A DNA stretch of 64,000 nucleotides from a virus, in IMG/VR virus record IMGVR_UViG_3300020182_000025. One strand, given 5' to 3'. The translations under genes and the position numbers were made by a program. The notes beneath the pieces were generated by a model that worked only from the letters and a program-made list of their open reading frames with translations, had not been told where the DNA came from and did no database searches. Positions within the stretch are counted from its first letter, which is position 1. Each line of letters starts with the position of its first letter. Of this stretch, positions 15,962 to 24,767 are shown in pieces.

Positions 15962-17031
15962 GCATTATGTACTATTATTTGACTTCTAGACAGTTGTTCA
16001 TTGAATCCACTAGCATTTTTACAGGAAATACTGCATGGTTTCATCGGATTTCTCTCATTTATGGTCGTTTCTAGCTTTGTCCAGAATTCATGAGACAGTA
16101 TGTCGGACAGAGTATTTTCGACAGTAATTTTATTAAAATGAATAGGAACTTTCAATGTCTCACATACACTATCCCACAATTGATGGCGGCCAAGCCAGCA
16201 ACACGGATAAACTTTACCTTCAGCCGTTATGTACACACTTGAATGAACTTTGGACCAACAAGTAACTGTACCCGAGGATTGGCTGGCATCAACATTTCTG
16301 ATGGTAATTGATTTATTGTCTGCCATTTTTTCAAACAATTGCTTTATTTCAGCCTCTCTGATACTAGTATTGAAACTCCAATCAGCCCCGGTAGAAGGCC
16401 AAATCCATTCTCTAGTTGAAAAATCATCATTGAGTATTGGTGTCGGTTTTCCGTTATTGAACCGTGTACTTGGTCTGGCTGTAAATTTCTCAAACCCCAT
16501 CTTAGCACTTAATTCTCTTGCCTCGTCTACTTCATCTTTGTTGTGATGAAATACCGTCATTGCCCATTGTGCATGTCCTCCGGCTTCAATGAAACTTTTG
16601 GCGTTTTCAAATATTCTTTTCAACACTGTCTTCTGTCTATAAATTTGGTGAACTTCTTGAGTTAGTCCATCTATGCCAAACTCTACTGACACACCTAATT
16701 TACCTAAAGCAGCCCACTCTCGTTTATTCAACGCAGATCCGTTAGTGTTTATCTGAATTTTGGCAGAAGGAAATTTCTCAATCAAAGGATTAACTAATGC
16801 TAATGCTCCACCGGGATACATTACAATATCACCGTAATTACCATTTATTAAAACTTCATCTAAAGAATCAATATCAAATGCATCCAATAAACTTATATCA
16901 AAATGTGCCAATTTAAATTTAGTTGGTGAGTGGTTGCTCCCATAAACATTCCTAGGACATTGAGGACAAGCAGCATTGCAATGCGTAGTAGGCTCTAAAT
17001 GTATATTAGTAATGTTTTTGGGATAACTCAT
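15958..17031 (-). CDS. Radical SAM protein with SPASM/twitch extension
   Basis: CNAACPQC (CxxxCxxC), NTNGS, GIDG, C...SVYITAEGKVYPCC. Confidence 0.85.
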   Translation of the reverse strand: MSYPKNITNIHLEPTTHCNAACPQCPRNVYGSNHSPTKFKLAHFDISLLDAFDIDSLDEVLINGNYGDIVMYPGGALALVNPLIEKFPSAKIQINTNGSALNKREWAALGKLGVSVEFGIDGLTQEVHQIYRQKTVLKRIFENAKSFIEAGGHAQWAMTVFHHNKDEVDEARELSAKMGFEKFTARPSTRFNNGKPTPILNDDFSTREWIWPSTGADWSFNTSIREAEIKQLFEKMADNKSITIRNVDASQSSGTVTCWSKVHSSVYITAEGKVYPCCWLGRHQLWDSVCETLKVPIHFNKITVENTLSDILSHEFWTKLETTINERNPMKPCSISCKNASGFNEQLSRSQIIVHNA

Positions 17032-17660
17032 TTGTATTTGTCTTCATAATAATCTGTATAGTTTTCTGGTAGTTCTAACTTATCAGATAAAATACAATGT
17101 TCGCTATATTTTTCATAACTTTTAGATAGCAACTCAGAATACATTTCATCGCCATCTTCTGGCTCCCATGGTGCACCCACAGCTAATGTATATTTAATCT
17201 TTTCAGAATTATTCTTCATCCAATGTGGCCAAGATCCATCCATTAGAAATGGTCTATCAATCTGGGGAACTCGCACTTCACGGTCACTTGCTGTAAATAC
17301 CAGATCGTCAACATTGCCTCTATACACATATCTTATTTTGTGTTGCAGATTATTGAATGCTTCGGGACTACAGTCAATGTGCAATGGATTAGTTTCCCCC
17401 ACTGGAGTACAGATTATAACAACTCTAGTGAGACCTGTCAGTGGCCAAACCGTATTGACTAACCATTTATTTAGATTAGGAAAATGATCTGTAAAAGACC
17501 ATTTTCCGTCTAAGTAGTAATGTATAGGCAGATGCCTGCAGTTTCTATAATTGTCTACACGGAAGCGATCTTCGGAAAGAGAGTCAATGTAATCACAATC
17601 TATTACAGGCGGTGGTTCTATATCGACCGGAATGAATAATAGGTCACTCTTATCAAACAT
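17028..17660 (-). CDS. Cupin/2OG-Fe(II)-like protein
   Basis: PLHIDC...DGSWPHWMKN. Confidence 0.45.
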   Translation of the reverse strand: MFDKSDLLFIPVDIEPPPVIDCDYIDSLSEDRFRVDNYRNCRHLPIHYYLDGKWSFTDHFPNLNKWLVNTVWPLTGLTRVVIICTPVGETNPLHIDCSPEAFNNLQHKIRYVYRGNVDDLVFTASDREVRVPQIDRPFLMDGSWPHWMKNNSEKIKYTLAVGAPWEPEDGDEMYSELLSKSYEKYSEHCILSDKLELPENYTDYYEDKYK

Positions 17661-17666
17661 AACGAA

Positions 17667-17954
17667 CTAGTTTGGTGACCTGACATACTCATTCTGCACG
17701 GTAAAATCAATAACTTTATCGAACTTGATTGTTCGCCAGCCTTGCTTTTCCGTATCAAACACAGTAAGAACACTAGCAGCTTTGGGCTTATTGGTGCCCT
17801 TTGTAGCAGGTACTACAGACTCTTGTAGAGTACACTGCATGTCACGGATTGTGCCGTCAGCCTTTTCAAACTGAACTTCACATTCGTATCGTTTTAGGTA
17901 GTCTACTAATTTGCCTTGCCATTTTACATCGTTACGTTCTGGGTGGTAGTTCAT
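17667..17954 (-). CDS. WYL_2/Sm-like SH3-barrel protein
   Basis: FEKADGTIRDMQCTL...VFDTEKQGWRTIKFD. Confidence 0.7.
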   Translation of the reverse strand: MNYHPERNDVKWQGKLVDYLKRYECEVQFEKADGTIRDMQCTLQESVVPATKGTNKPKAASVLTVFDTEKQGWRTIKFDKVIDFTVQNEYVRSPN

Positions 17955-18937
17955 ACTTTAGTTCCTTTCTTGTCAATTAACCATTCAAGTTTTTTGCGAA
18001 CTCGTCTATCAAGCCGCTGTACATGTTGCATATCATCTTCGGTGATGTCCATATTACTATTATGTTTCTCATCCTGTACATTCTCTTCTGTTTGTACATT
18101 TTCAGAAACATTTTCGATACCAAAATCTTCTGATTCAGGTTCGAGGTCTTTCTCGGATATAAAAGTAATACTTTCACCTCTTCTTTCTTTCATACTCATA
18201 TTAGCCGCTACAACAAGCAAGATAGCTAACGGATCAAATACTAGTATCAACAATATTATCACAAACCTTACAGTCTTGTCAAGCGTTTCTTTATCAGTAT
18301 TACCATAAATCATTTCGGCTACATACAACAATGGACCGACTTCAACTTCAATCAGGAGCTGTTCTGTGTCTAGAATCAGCTTTTCTTCCGACAATATGTC
18401 AATGGAAGCGATGGCTTCGTCAATGGAGGTGTTTAGTTGAGTTCTCTCTGCTGCTTGATTCTCTCTGGTGGCTATGGCACCATCGTCACCACGAATTCTA
18501 TCGTAGTCTATGAGTGTTTGTACTGTGTTGTCTAACTGCGCCAGTACCGTCTCTGCGTCTGCTATGCGTCTCTGCTCAGTTTCTATACGCCTGTCAAGCC
18601 TAGCGACTTGTAATGTGTTATCGCCCGTAGATACGCTGTGTTCAAGGTGTGCTTTACTAAGAAAGCCAAAGATACCCATCGATGTGATGACGGACAGAAT
18701 GACAACCGCTATGGCGAAGTAGGACTTCATGAAAAACGCTGTCTTGTTCCAGTATCGATATAGCCAAGACGCTGTGACTAGTTTAGCCACTTCTAATACA
18801 ACACCCATTGCGAGAATAGGTGCCGCCGCTGCCGGAAAGATTGCCATGAGACCGACAATCGAAAAATAACCTGCTACTGTAGATACTGCCAATGCCGAAA
18901 ATAAAAGTAATATTATGAAGAACATTTTGGTGTCCAC
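17951..18937 (-). CDS. Multi-pass membrane coiled-coil protein
   Basis: Three N-terminal hydrophobic helices, coiled coil, one more TM segment before FDPLAI. Confidence 0.65.
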   Translation of the reverse strand: MDTKMFFIILLLFSALAVSTVAGYFSIVGLMAIFPAAAAPILAMGVVLEVAKLVTASWLYRYWNKTAFFMKSYFAIAVVILSVITSMGIFGFLSKAHLEHSVSTGDNTLQVARLDRRIETEQRRIADAETVLAQLDNTVQTLIDYDRIRGDDGAIATRENQAAERTQLNTSIDEAIASIDILSEEKLILDTEQLLIEVEVGPLLYVAEMIYGNTDKETLDKTVRFVIILLILVFDPLAILLVVAANMSMKERRGESITFISEKDLEPESEDFGIENVSENVQTEENVQDEKHNSNMDITEDDMQHVQRLDRRVRKKLEWLIDKKGTKV

Positions 18938-19257
18938 TCTATTGGTTCGAAATCAGCCAACGGTTCTTTATTTAGGCGAATGTTGAGCATGGAATTTAAA
19001 CACTTAGGATCCTGTCGTTGCTGCCACTGTAGGAGAAACTCTTGCATCTTAGCCCATGACTTCTTATCATACTCGGCAATAGTTTCCTTCTCAAGTTGTC
19101 CTTCGTACTCTAGGACATACTTGGAAGAACCATAATATTTTTCATACAGTCGTTGTGTTTTGCCTGAGTAACCTATGTAGTATGTTCCGTCTGGAAAATA
19201 GGTACAATAAACTCTATGTACCTGTTTCTCCTTCGGCTTCTTTTTCTTCACTGCCAT
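18913..19257 (-). CDS. Minimal GIY-YIG-like protein
   Basis: VYCTYF..YYIGYSG...YYGSS...E; late promoter TATAAATA at 19292-19285. Confidence 0.6.
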   Translation of the reverse strand: MAVKKKKPKEKQVHRVYCTYFPDGTYYIGYSGKTQRLYEKYYGSSKYVLEYEGQLEKETIAEYDKKSWAKMQEFLLQWQQRQDPKCLNSMLNIRLNKEPLADFEPIEWTPKCSS

Positions 19258-19423
19258 CTAGTGTTCCTTCATCATCAGAAACACTATTTATAAAGTCCTC
19301 AGCAGTCGTAAACTTCAGGTCAGTATCGTTCTTCTTACCGAAGATTTTGTCCCAGTTATCGCTGTACTTTTTCTTGTCTACTTTGCGTTGGGAGCTGCCT
19401 TTCCCACCATGCCACTGTGCCAT
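19214..19423 (-). CDS. Small conserved phage protein
   Basis: WHGGKGS..R......Y.DNWDKIFGKK pattern. Confidence 0.65.
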   Translation of the reverse strand: MAQWHGGKGSSQRKVDKKKYSDNWDKIFGKKNDTDLKFTTAEDFINSVSDDEGTLDGSEEKEAEGETGT

Positions 19424-19427
19424 TGTA

Positions 19428-19571
19428 TTATCCTACTTTTAGTTTAGTCTTGCCGGTCTTTGCTATAGAAGCAAGTCCACCTGGCGCACCATAGAACTCA
19501 CCAAAAATTCTTGCGCCATCATTGACATCCCAAAATCTCAATGCTACTCCACCTCCACCATGCTTATGCCA
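19428..19571 (-). pseudogene. Start-less C-terminal fragment of an interrupted gene (WHKHGGGGVALRFWDVNDG...KLKVG*)
   Basis: 48-codon open frame preceded by TAG and ending 4 nt before the next ATG. Confidence 0.6.
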
Positions 19572-19603
19572 CTAAAAGCTCTAAACTTAATTTCACGACT
19601 CAT
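19544..19603 (-). pseudogene. YopX N-terminal stub (MSREIKFRAF...) that stops after 19 aa
   Basis: Matches the N-terminus of the YopX gene at 20099-20434; has an RBS. Confidence 0.6.
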
Positions 19604-19635
19604 ATCTCTATTCCTCTATAGGGCTGAAGGGGTGG

Positions 19636-19815
19636 CTAGCCTAGCTCCATTAATTCCATAGGGCTTTTCGGCTCTGGCGGCGCTACATAGCCATGCTTTG
19701 CGGCATATAACAATGCGCTATCTCTAGCAGATTGCCGAATTGCCTTTACTGTCTCTAGTAGCTTTTTGTCATCAATTCCATGCTGTCTAAATAACATATC
19801 TAATTCATCTTCCAT
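19636..19815 (-). CDS. Small hypothetical protein in the insert, 59 aa (MEDELDMLFRQHG...)
   Basis: Manual translation; GGAG RBS. Confidence 0.6.
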   Translation of the reverse strand: MEDELDMLFRQHGIDDKKLLETVKAIRQSARDSALLYAAKHGYVAPPEPKSPMELMELG

Positions 19816-19867
19816 TCTAACTCTCCATATAATCAGTAATAGGTAAAGTCGGTATTAAGCTGCATTG

Positions 19868-20056
19868 CTAATCGACGGAAATGCTGTCGTCAGATAGAAC
19901 TCGCTTTGCTTGCTCTAGCGTGAACAAAGGCACTGTCTCACCTTTATCTGCGCTCCCGACTGGCAGTGAGTAAGCTATACGATAGGTTTCTTTTTCGCTC
20001 ATTTCTCCCAAATCGCATGGGAACATGTGTACGCACGATAAATCTTCAGCTTTCAT
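19868..20056 (-). CDS. Small hypothetical protein in the insert
   Basis: ORF track; GGAG RBS. Confidence 0.6.
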   Translation of the reverse strand: MKAEDLSCVHMFPCDLGEMSEKETYRIAYSLPVGSADKGETVPLFTLEQAKRVLSDDSISVD

Positions 20057-20098
20057 AATTTTATCTCCAGTATTAGGTATAATCAGTAATGTGATGGG

Positions 20099-20434
20099 CT
20101 AGGGTTTAAGTAGTTCTGGGTTCTCGTGAATGTTGCCGATTACTTCCATATCAATTCCTCGGTTCCATTCGGGATATTGAATTCTTTTTGGTGGGTGTTG
20201 AATCTTGAACTTCGCCCACTTTTCATCCCAAACAACAGAGAAGCACGAATCCCCGTTCTCCTGAAGAATATCCCCCTCAAATATCTCCACCCCGTTCTTA
20301 TCTTTGAGGCCGGTGTATTGCATTATTATCTTTTCGCCATTATCTCCGAACTCCTGAATCAAGTCCTTTAAGCCATCCCATTGCCACATATGCTTGCAGT
20401 TTGGCCCCCAAGCCCTAAACTTAATCTCACTCAT
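20099..20434 (-). CDS. YopX-family protein
   Basis: EIKFRAW, MQYTGLKDKNGVEIFEGDI, EVIGNIHENPELL. Confidence 0.9.
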   Translation of the reverse strand: MSEIKFRAWGPNCKHMWQWDGLKDLIQEFGDNGEKIIMQYTGLKDKNGVEIFEGDILQENGDSCFSVVWDEKWAKFKIQHPPKRIQYPEWNRGIDMEVIGNIHENPELLKP

Positions 20435-20700
20435 TCGCTGTCACTCCTTTCTAGCAATTCTGGGTTCTCGTAGATGTTGCCGATTACTTCAATCTCACAG
20501 CCGGTAGAAGGGTAGAAGTGCGGCAAGTCTTTTGGATTGATATTCCATTTGCCTGCCAATTGACAAGCGCCGCCGCCAAAACTAAATCCTGTAAAACTTT
20601 TTTTGAATTTTACAGATTTGCCTTGTCCTACGAGTTTAACTTCTAATCCGCTCCAGACAAATCCTCCGAAGCCTAGTGATCCTGTTTGTGCATATGCCAT
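20431..20700 (-). CDS. Chimeric ORF: N-terminal part of gene X fused in frame to a YopX C-terminal tail
   Basis: Gly-rich N-term followed by CEIEVIGNIYENPELL; ATG at 20700 overlaps the upstream stop. Confidence 0.6.
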   Translation of the reverse strand: MAYAQTGSLGFGGFVWSGLEVKLVGQGKSVKFKKSFTGFSFGGGACQLAGKWNINPKDLPHFYPSTGCEIEVIGNIYENPELLERSDSE

Positions 20701-20888
20701 TACCAATCTTCCTCTATATCGTTTTCATCTATGAAGTCATCAAGCGATGCTTCGATTTCTAGTTCTGCACCACAAAAAGAACAAAAACTTACTACATAAT
20801 GCCTATCTGACATGTCGTGCTTTACTTTGTATTCAGCTTCACACTCTTCGCATTCTACAGTTTTTTTGATTATGATACTATCTGACAT
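20700..20888 (-). CDS. Small Zn-ribbon protein
   Basis: CEEC...CSFCG. Confidence 0.7.
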   Translation of the reverse strand: MSDSIIIKKTVECEECEAEYKVKHDMSDRHYVVSFCSFCGAELEIEASLDDFIDENDIEEDW

Positions 20889-21322
20889 TCGATTCCCGCC
20901 TTTTCTAAAAACTCCTGTCCACAACCTTTTGTTGCGTTATACTCATTTATATAGTACACCTGTGAGATGCCTGCTTGATAGATAAGTTTAGCACACTCGA
21001 TACACGGCATATGAGTGACAAACAGTGTAGCACTTTGACTCGACTCCGTTGACTGACACAATTTCATCAATGCGTTGGCTTCTGCGTGTAAAACTTCTGG
21101 TTTGGTTTCATAATAAATATTTGTTCCTGTGTCTATAGTATGTTCACATTCATTGTCCCAACCAGAGGGTGTGCCATTGTATCCGATCGACAGTATCCTG
21201 TTGTCTCTTACAATAACACACCCTACTTGCAGTTTCTTTGCTCTGGATAACAGTGCTGTTTCTTTAGCTATCTTAACATAATACTGTATCCATCTTTCTT
21301 TCAGTTCTTTCCATGCGCTCAT
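20870..21322 (-). CDS. cd: dCMP deaminase
   Basis: SIGYNGTPSG, HAEANAL, PCIECAKLI. Confidence 0.9.
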   Translation of the reverse strand: MSAWKELKERWIQYYVKIAKETALLSRAKKLQVGCVIVRDNRILSIGYNGTPSGWDNECEHTIDTGTNIYYETKPEVLHAEANALMKLCQSTESSQSATLFVTHMPCIECAKLIYQAGISQVYYINEYNATKGCGQEFLEKAGIECQIVS

Positions 21323-22296
21323 GCCCAAACGTCTCCCCAATCACCAGACAATGCGCCTCGTGCGTAATCTGTGCTGCGATTCTCAAAAAAGTTAGTGTGA
21401 GTAGGAGCATTGATCATTTCTTCAACCCACGGCAGAGGATTCTTCTTCACTTTGAAAATGCCCTTGAGTCCAAGACTAATCAATCTACGATCACAGATGT
21501 AACGAATGTACTTCTTTACTTCTTCAGGTGTTAGATTGTCCATGTCACCCATCGCAAACGCTAGGTCAATAAACTGATCTTCAAGCTCTACCATCTTCTC
21601 AGCTATAGCGTAAATCTTGCCCTTGAGATCATCGTTCCACAATTCAAGGTTTTCGTTTATATACTCACGGAACAACTTAATCATGTTCTCGGCATGCAGA
21701 GTTTCGTCTACGATTGACCAAGTAACAATCTGTCCCATGCCTTTCATCTTACCATGGCGTGGGAAGTTCAGTAGCATGATGAATGAAGAGAACAACTGCA
21801 TGCCTTCAGTGAATGCCGAGAAGGCTGCAATGTTTGTAGCAATAGTAGTCTTGTCTTGTGTCTCTACCGAAAGTTCTTGCAAGTAATCGTGCTTCTCTTT
21901 CATTGCCTCATACTCAAGAAATTCATTGTATGTAGACTCAGGCATGCCTAATGTCTCAATGAGGTGTGAGTATGCGGCAACATGAAGTGCTTCACGAGCA
22001 GCGAAACCTACAAGCATCATTCGTACTTCGGGCTGTGGAAAATTTGGTAGGTAGTTGTTTACATAACCACCTGCAACATCAATATCGCCCTGTGTAAAGA
22101 ATCGAAAGATGTTTGTAAGAAATCCTTTCTCAGAATCAGAAAGTTTTGATTTCCAATCCTTAACATCTTCATTCATTGGCACTTCGGTGTGTAACCAATG
22201 TGACTGCTCATGCTTCAACCACGCATCATATGCCCAGGCGTAGTTGAATGGCTTGAAATAACTTCTTTCATCTGTCAATTTTAATTTTGTAGCCAT
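21319..22296 (-). CDS. nrdB: Ribonucleotide reductase class I beta subunit
   Basis: FFTQGDIDV, REALHVAAY, FTEGMQLFSSF, SIVDETLH, NFFENR. Confidence 0.95.
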   Translation of the reverse strand: MATKLKLTDERSYFKPFNYAWAYDAWLKHEQSHWLHTEVPMNEDVKDWKSKLSDSEKGFLTNIFRFFTQGDIDVAGGYVNNYLPNFPQPEVRMMLVGFAAREALHVAAYSHLIETLGMPESTYNEFLEYEAMKEKHDYLQELSVETQDKTTIATNIAAFSAFTEGMQLFSSFIMLLNFPRHGKMKGMGQIVTWSIVDETLHAENMIKLFREYINENLELWNDDLKGKIYAIAEKMVELEDQFIDLAFAMGDMDNLTPEEVKKYIRYICDRRLISLGLKGIFKVKKNPLPWVEEMINAPTHTNFFENRSTDYARGALSGDWGDVWA

Positions 22297-22965
22297 TTAT
22301 TCTGCTCTTATGTTGTCTAATTTTTTAAAAAGTTCATCTCTATACGAATCATCAAACAAATGATATAAAACTATTTGTTTTGTTTGTTTTATATTGCAAA
22401 TGCCATATTTTGACATTGGCTGAGTTCTTAGATCGAGTTGCTTGTAGTGTCTTACTTTACATGCTCTGCCGTTAATTATGTCTGTATCATAGTAATAGTT
22501 AGGATATCTTTCAGGATTGGTGATTCGAACAATCTTATCTGCTAATGGAGAATTGTATGTTTCAAGCGTGATTATGCCGCCAAGATATCCTTGTGTCAAG
22601 GCAACATCTGCAATATGTGATCCTAACATATTAGATGTTGTCGTGTTTTTACTTAAACTTTTTTTGTGTGAAGGTATGCTATAAAGTCTAGACTGTACAT
22701 ATATATTGGGATCTTCATCAAACGGATAATACCCGTGTCCTGATAGGATCACACCGTTTTCTCTATAGATGTAATATCCTGCCCTGTCATCATATCTCTT
22801 ATCTTTATATAAGCAATATAATAAAGTATTAGGATTATTCTCCCAATTATCAGGTCTTATATTTATAGCTGCCGGTCTTTCATCATGCTTCGCAGCTTCA
22901 CAAAAATCCATCAATTTTTCTATAGGGTATTTACTCGTTACCCTTTCAACAGTTCTTTCTAACAT
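22297..22965 (-). CDS. Hypothetical protein between nrdA and nrdB
   Basis: ORF track, 222 aa, AT-rich. Confidence 0.6.
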   Translation of the reverse strand: MLERTVERVTSKYPIEKLMDFCEAAKHDERPAAINIRPDNWENNPNTLLYCLYKDKRYDDRAGYYIYRENGVILSGHGYYPFDEDPNIYVQSRLYSIPSHKKSLSKNTTTSNMLGSHIADVALTQGYLGGIITLETYNSPLADKIVRITNPERYPNYYYDTDIINGRACKVRHYKQLDLRTQPMSKYGICNIKQTKQIVLYHLFDDSYRDELFKKLDNIRAE

Positions 22966-24767
22966 TATCCCTCACAAGCCAAACAAGTATCATCATTTAC
23001 GAGTGCTGTCATATCAATCTCTTTGATGATTTGGCGTTCAATACGATTAGATACTTTGTCTGCCTTGCCTAGCTTTTCTGAGCGGCAGTAGTAAAGTGTC
23101 TTCAAGCCTTGCTTCCATGCCATGTAGTGAATTGCATGTAGATACTTGATGTTAGAGTCAGGACGGAAGAATGTATTGAGTGACTGTGCTTGGTCAATAA
23201 ACTGCTGCCTGTCTGCTGCGTGTTCAATAACCCATCGCTGATCTATTTCCATAGAAGTCTTGAATACATCTTTCTCCCACTCATCTAAGAAGTTTAGATG
23301 TTGGACTGATCCGTCGTTTGAGATGACTGATGACCAGATTTCGTCTTCTGCCTGTTTTGTTTCGCCAGCTTCAATCTTACTCTGAATGAGTTGTACCAGA
23401 TACTTATTTTTGTTGAGAAAAGCTCCAGAAAGAGTGTCTTGCCTGTAAGCATTCGCCCTAAAAGGCTCAATAGAAGGTGAAGTGTTTCCCATAATAATAC
23501 TACTACTAGCATTGGGAGCAATAGCCATAACATGACTAAATCTAAGACCTCGTCCAGCAGCGTCAGGGGCTTCACCTCTGGCAGCCCCCAGTTCTTTGTT
23601 TGCGTCATCAAGTTTTCCTCTAATATGTTTAAACATTCTCAGATTAGTACCTTTAGCCATTGCGCTTTCCCACGGCAGATTCTTCTGCTGCAAGTAAGCG
23701 TGAAAGCCTAATGCGCCTACACCAATACTTCTTTCACGGCTTGCTGAGAACTTAGCTCGTGCGACTTGATCGGGTGCGTTGTCGATAAAGAATTGTAATA
23801 CATTGTCTAGCATCTCTGCAATGTCTTTGAGGAACAAACCGTTCTTGCTCCAAGCATCGTAATGCTCAAGATTTACAGATGACAAACAACATACTGCTGT
23901 TCTGTCTTTGTTTGTAGGCAGAATGATTTCTGAACAAAGATTTGATTGATGTACCTTGAGTCCTAATTCTTTCTGCCACTCAGGTAGATGTCGGTTACTT
24001 GTGTCAATGAAGTGAACATACGGCTCACCTGTTTCCATTCGAAGCTCAAGAATCTTCTGCCACAAATGCTTTGCTGACACAGTATCTCTGATTTCTCCTG
24101 AGTGAGGATCAATAAGATTCCAACCATCGTCAGCATCAGGATCAGTCATTGATCGTTCAACGAGTTCCATGAAACGGTCTGAGATGTTGATGCCGTGATG
24201 CAGGTTCAAACAGCGAACATTCGGATCACCTGTCGGCTTTCGCATCTCAAGGTACATCATCACATCGGGATGAGAAATGTCAAGATAAGTAGCGTAAGAG
24301 CCCCTGCGAGTGCGTCCCTGGCGATATGCGAGGCACGATGCATCGTAAGTCTTGAGATGAGGCATAACACCAACAGACTTATCATCAGAGGAACGGATGC
24401 CAAAACCAATGCCAACGCCACCCCCAAGCATAGATAACCAATTTGTTTCAGAAAGATTTTCAACGAGACCCTCTGCTGTATCATCAATAAAGTTTAGAAA
24501 GCATGAGATAGGCATGCCTTTATTTGAGCGACCATAAGAAAGAATAGGGGTCGAATAAGATAACCAGTGCTTACTGCTGTACTCATACAATCGTTGTGCG
24601 TGTTCTGGATTACTGCCAAAAGTAGCACTCACATGTGCAAATCTTTCTTGAGGAGACTCTTCGTCTTCTCGCATGTACGATTCTTTGAGTCTTGCGAGTC
24701 CTAACTTATCAAACAGACTATCTCTTCCGTAGTCTATCTGTAGACCCATATATTCTTTCTTCGCCAT
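22965..24767 (-). CDS. nrdA: Ribonucleotide reductase class I alpha subunit (short form, no ATP cone evident)
   Basis: STPILS, SCF, SNLCSEI, CCLSS, AIAPNASSS, LKTLYYCR. Confidence 0.95.
   Translation of the reverse strand: MAKKEYMGLQIDYGRDSLFDKLGLARLKESYMREDEESPQERFAHVSATFGSNPEHAQRLYEYSSKHWLSYSTPILSYGRSNKGMPISCFLNFIDDTAEGLVENLSETNWLSMLGGGVGIGFGIRSSDDKSVGVMPHLKTYDASCLAYRQGRTRRGSYATYLDISHPDVMMYLEMRKPTGDPNVRCLNLHHGINISDRFMELVERSMTDPDADDGWNLIDPHSGEIRDTVSAKHLWQKILELRMETGEPYVHFIDTSNRHLPEWQKELGLKVHQSNLCSEIILPTNKDRTAVCCLSSVNLEHYDAWSKNGLFLKDIAEMLDNVLQFFIDNAPDQVARAKFSASRERSIGVGALGFHAYLQQKNLPWESAMAKGTNLRMFKHIRGKLDDANKELGAARGEAPDAAGRGLRFSHVMAIAPNASSSIIMGNTSPSIEPFRANAYRQDTLSGAFLNKNKYLVQLIQSKIEAGETKQAEDEIWSSVISNDGSVQHLNFLDEWEKDVFKTSMEIDQRWVIEHAADRQQFIDQAQSLNTFFRPDSNIKYLHAIHYMAWKQGLKTLYYCRSEKLGKADKVSNRIERQIIKEIDMTALVNDDTCLACEG

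Larger units (their letters stand above)
19572..20520. mobile_element. Putative ~0.95-kb insertion with permuted YopX ends
   Basis: Order on minus strand: gene-X N-term, YopX C-tail, intact YopX, two small ORFs, YopX N-stub, gene-X C-term. Confidence 0.5.

Noticed and set aside
20110-20490. Two similar YopX tails as a DGR template/variable pair
   Set aside because: Differences are C/T and synonymous changes rather than adenine-specific, and no reverse transcriptase is present
20503-20518. 8-bp duplication as a target-site duplication of the insert
   Set aside because: Both copies are on the same side; no copy is seen at the left junction near 19572
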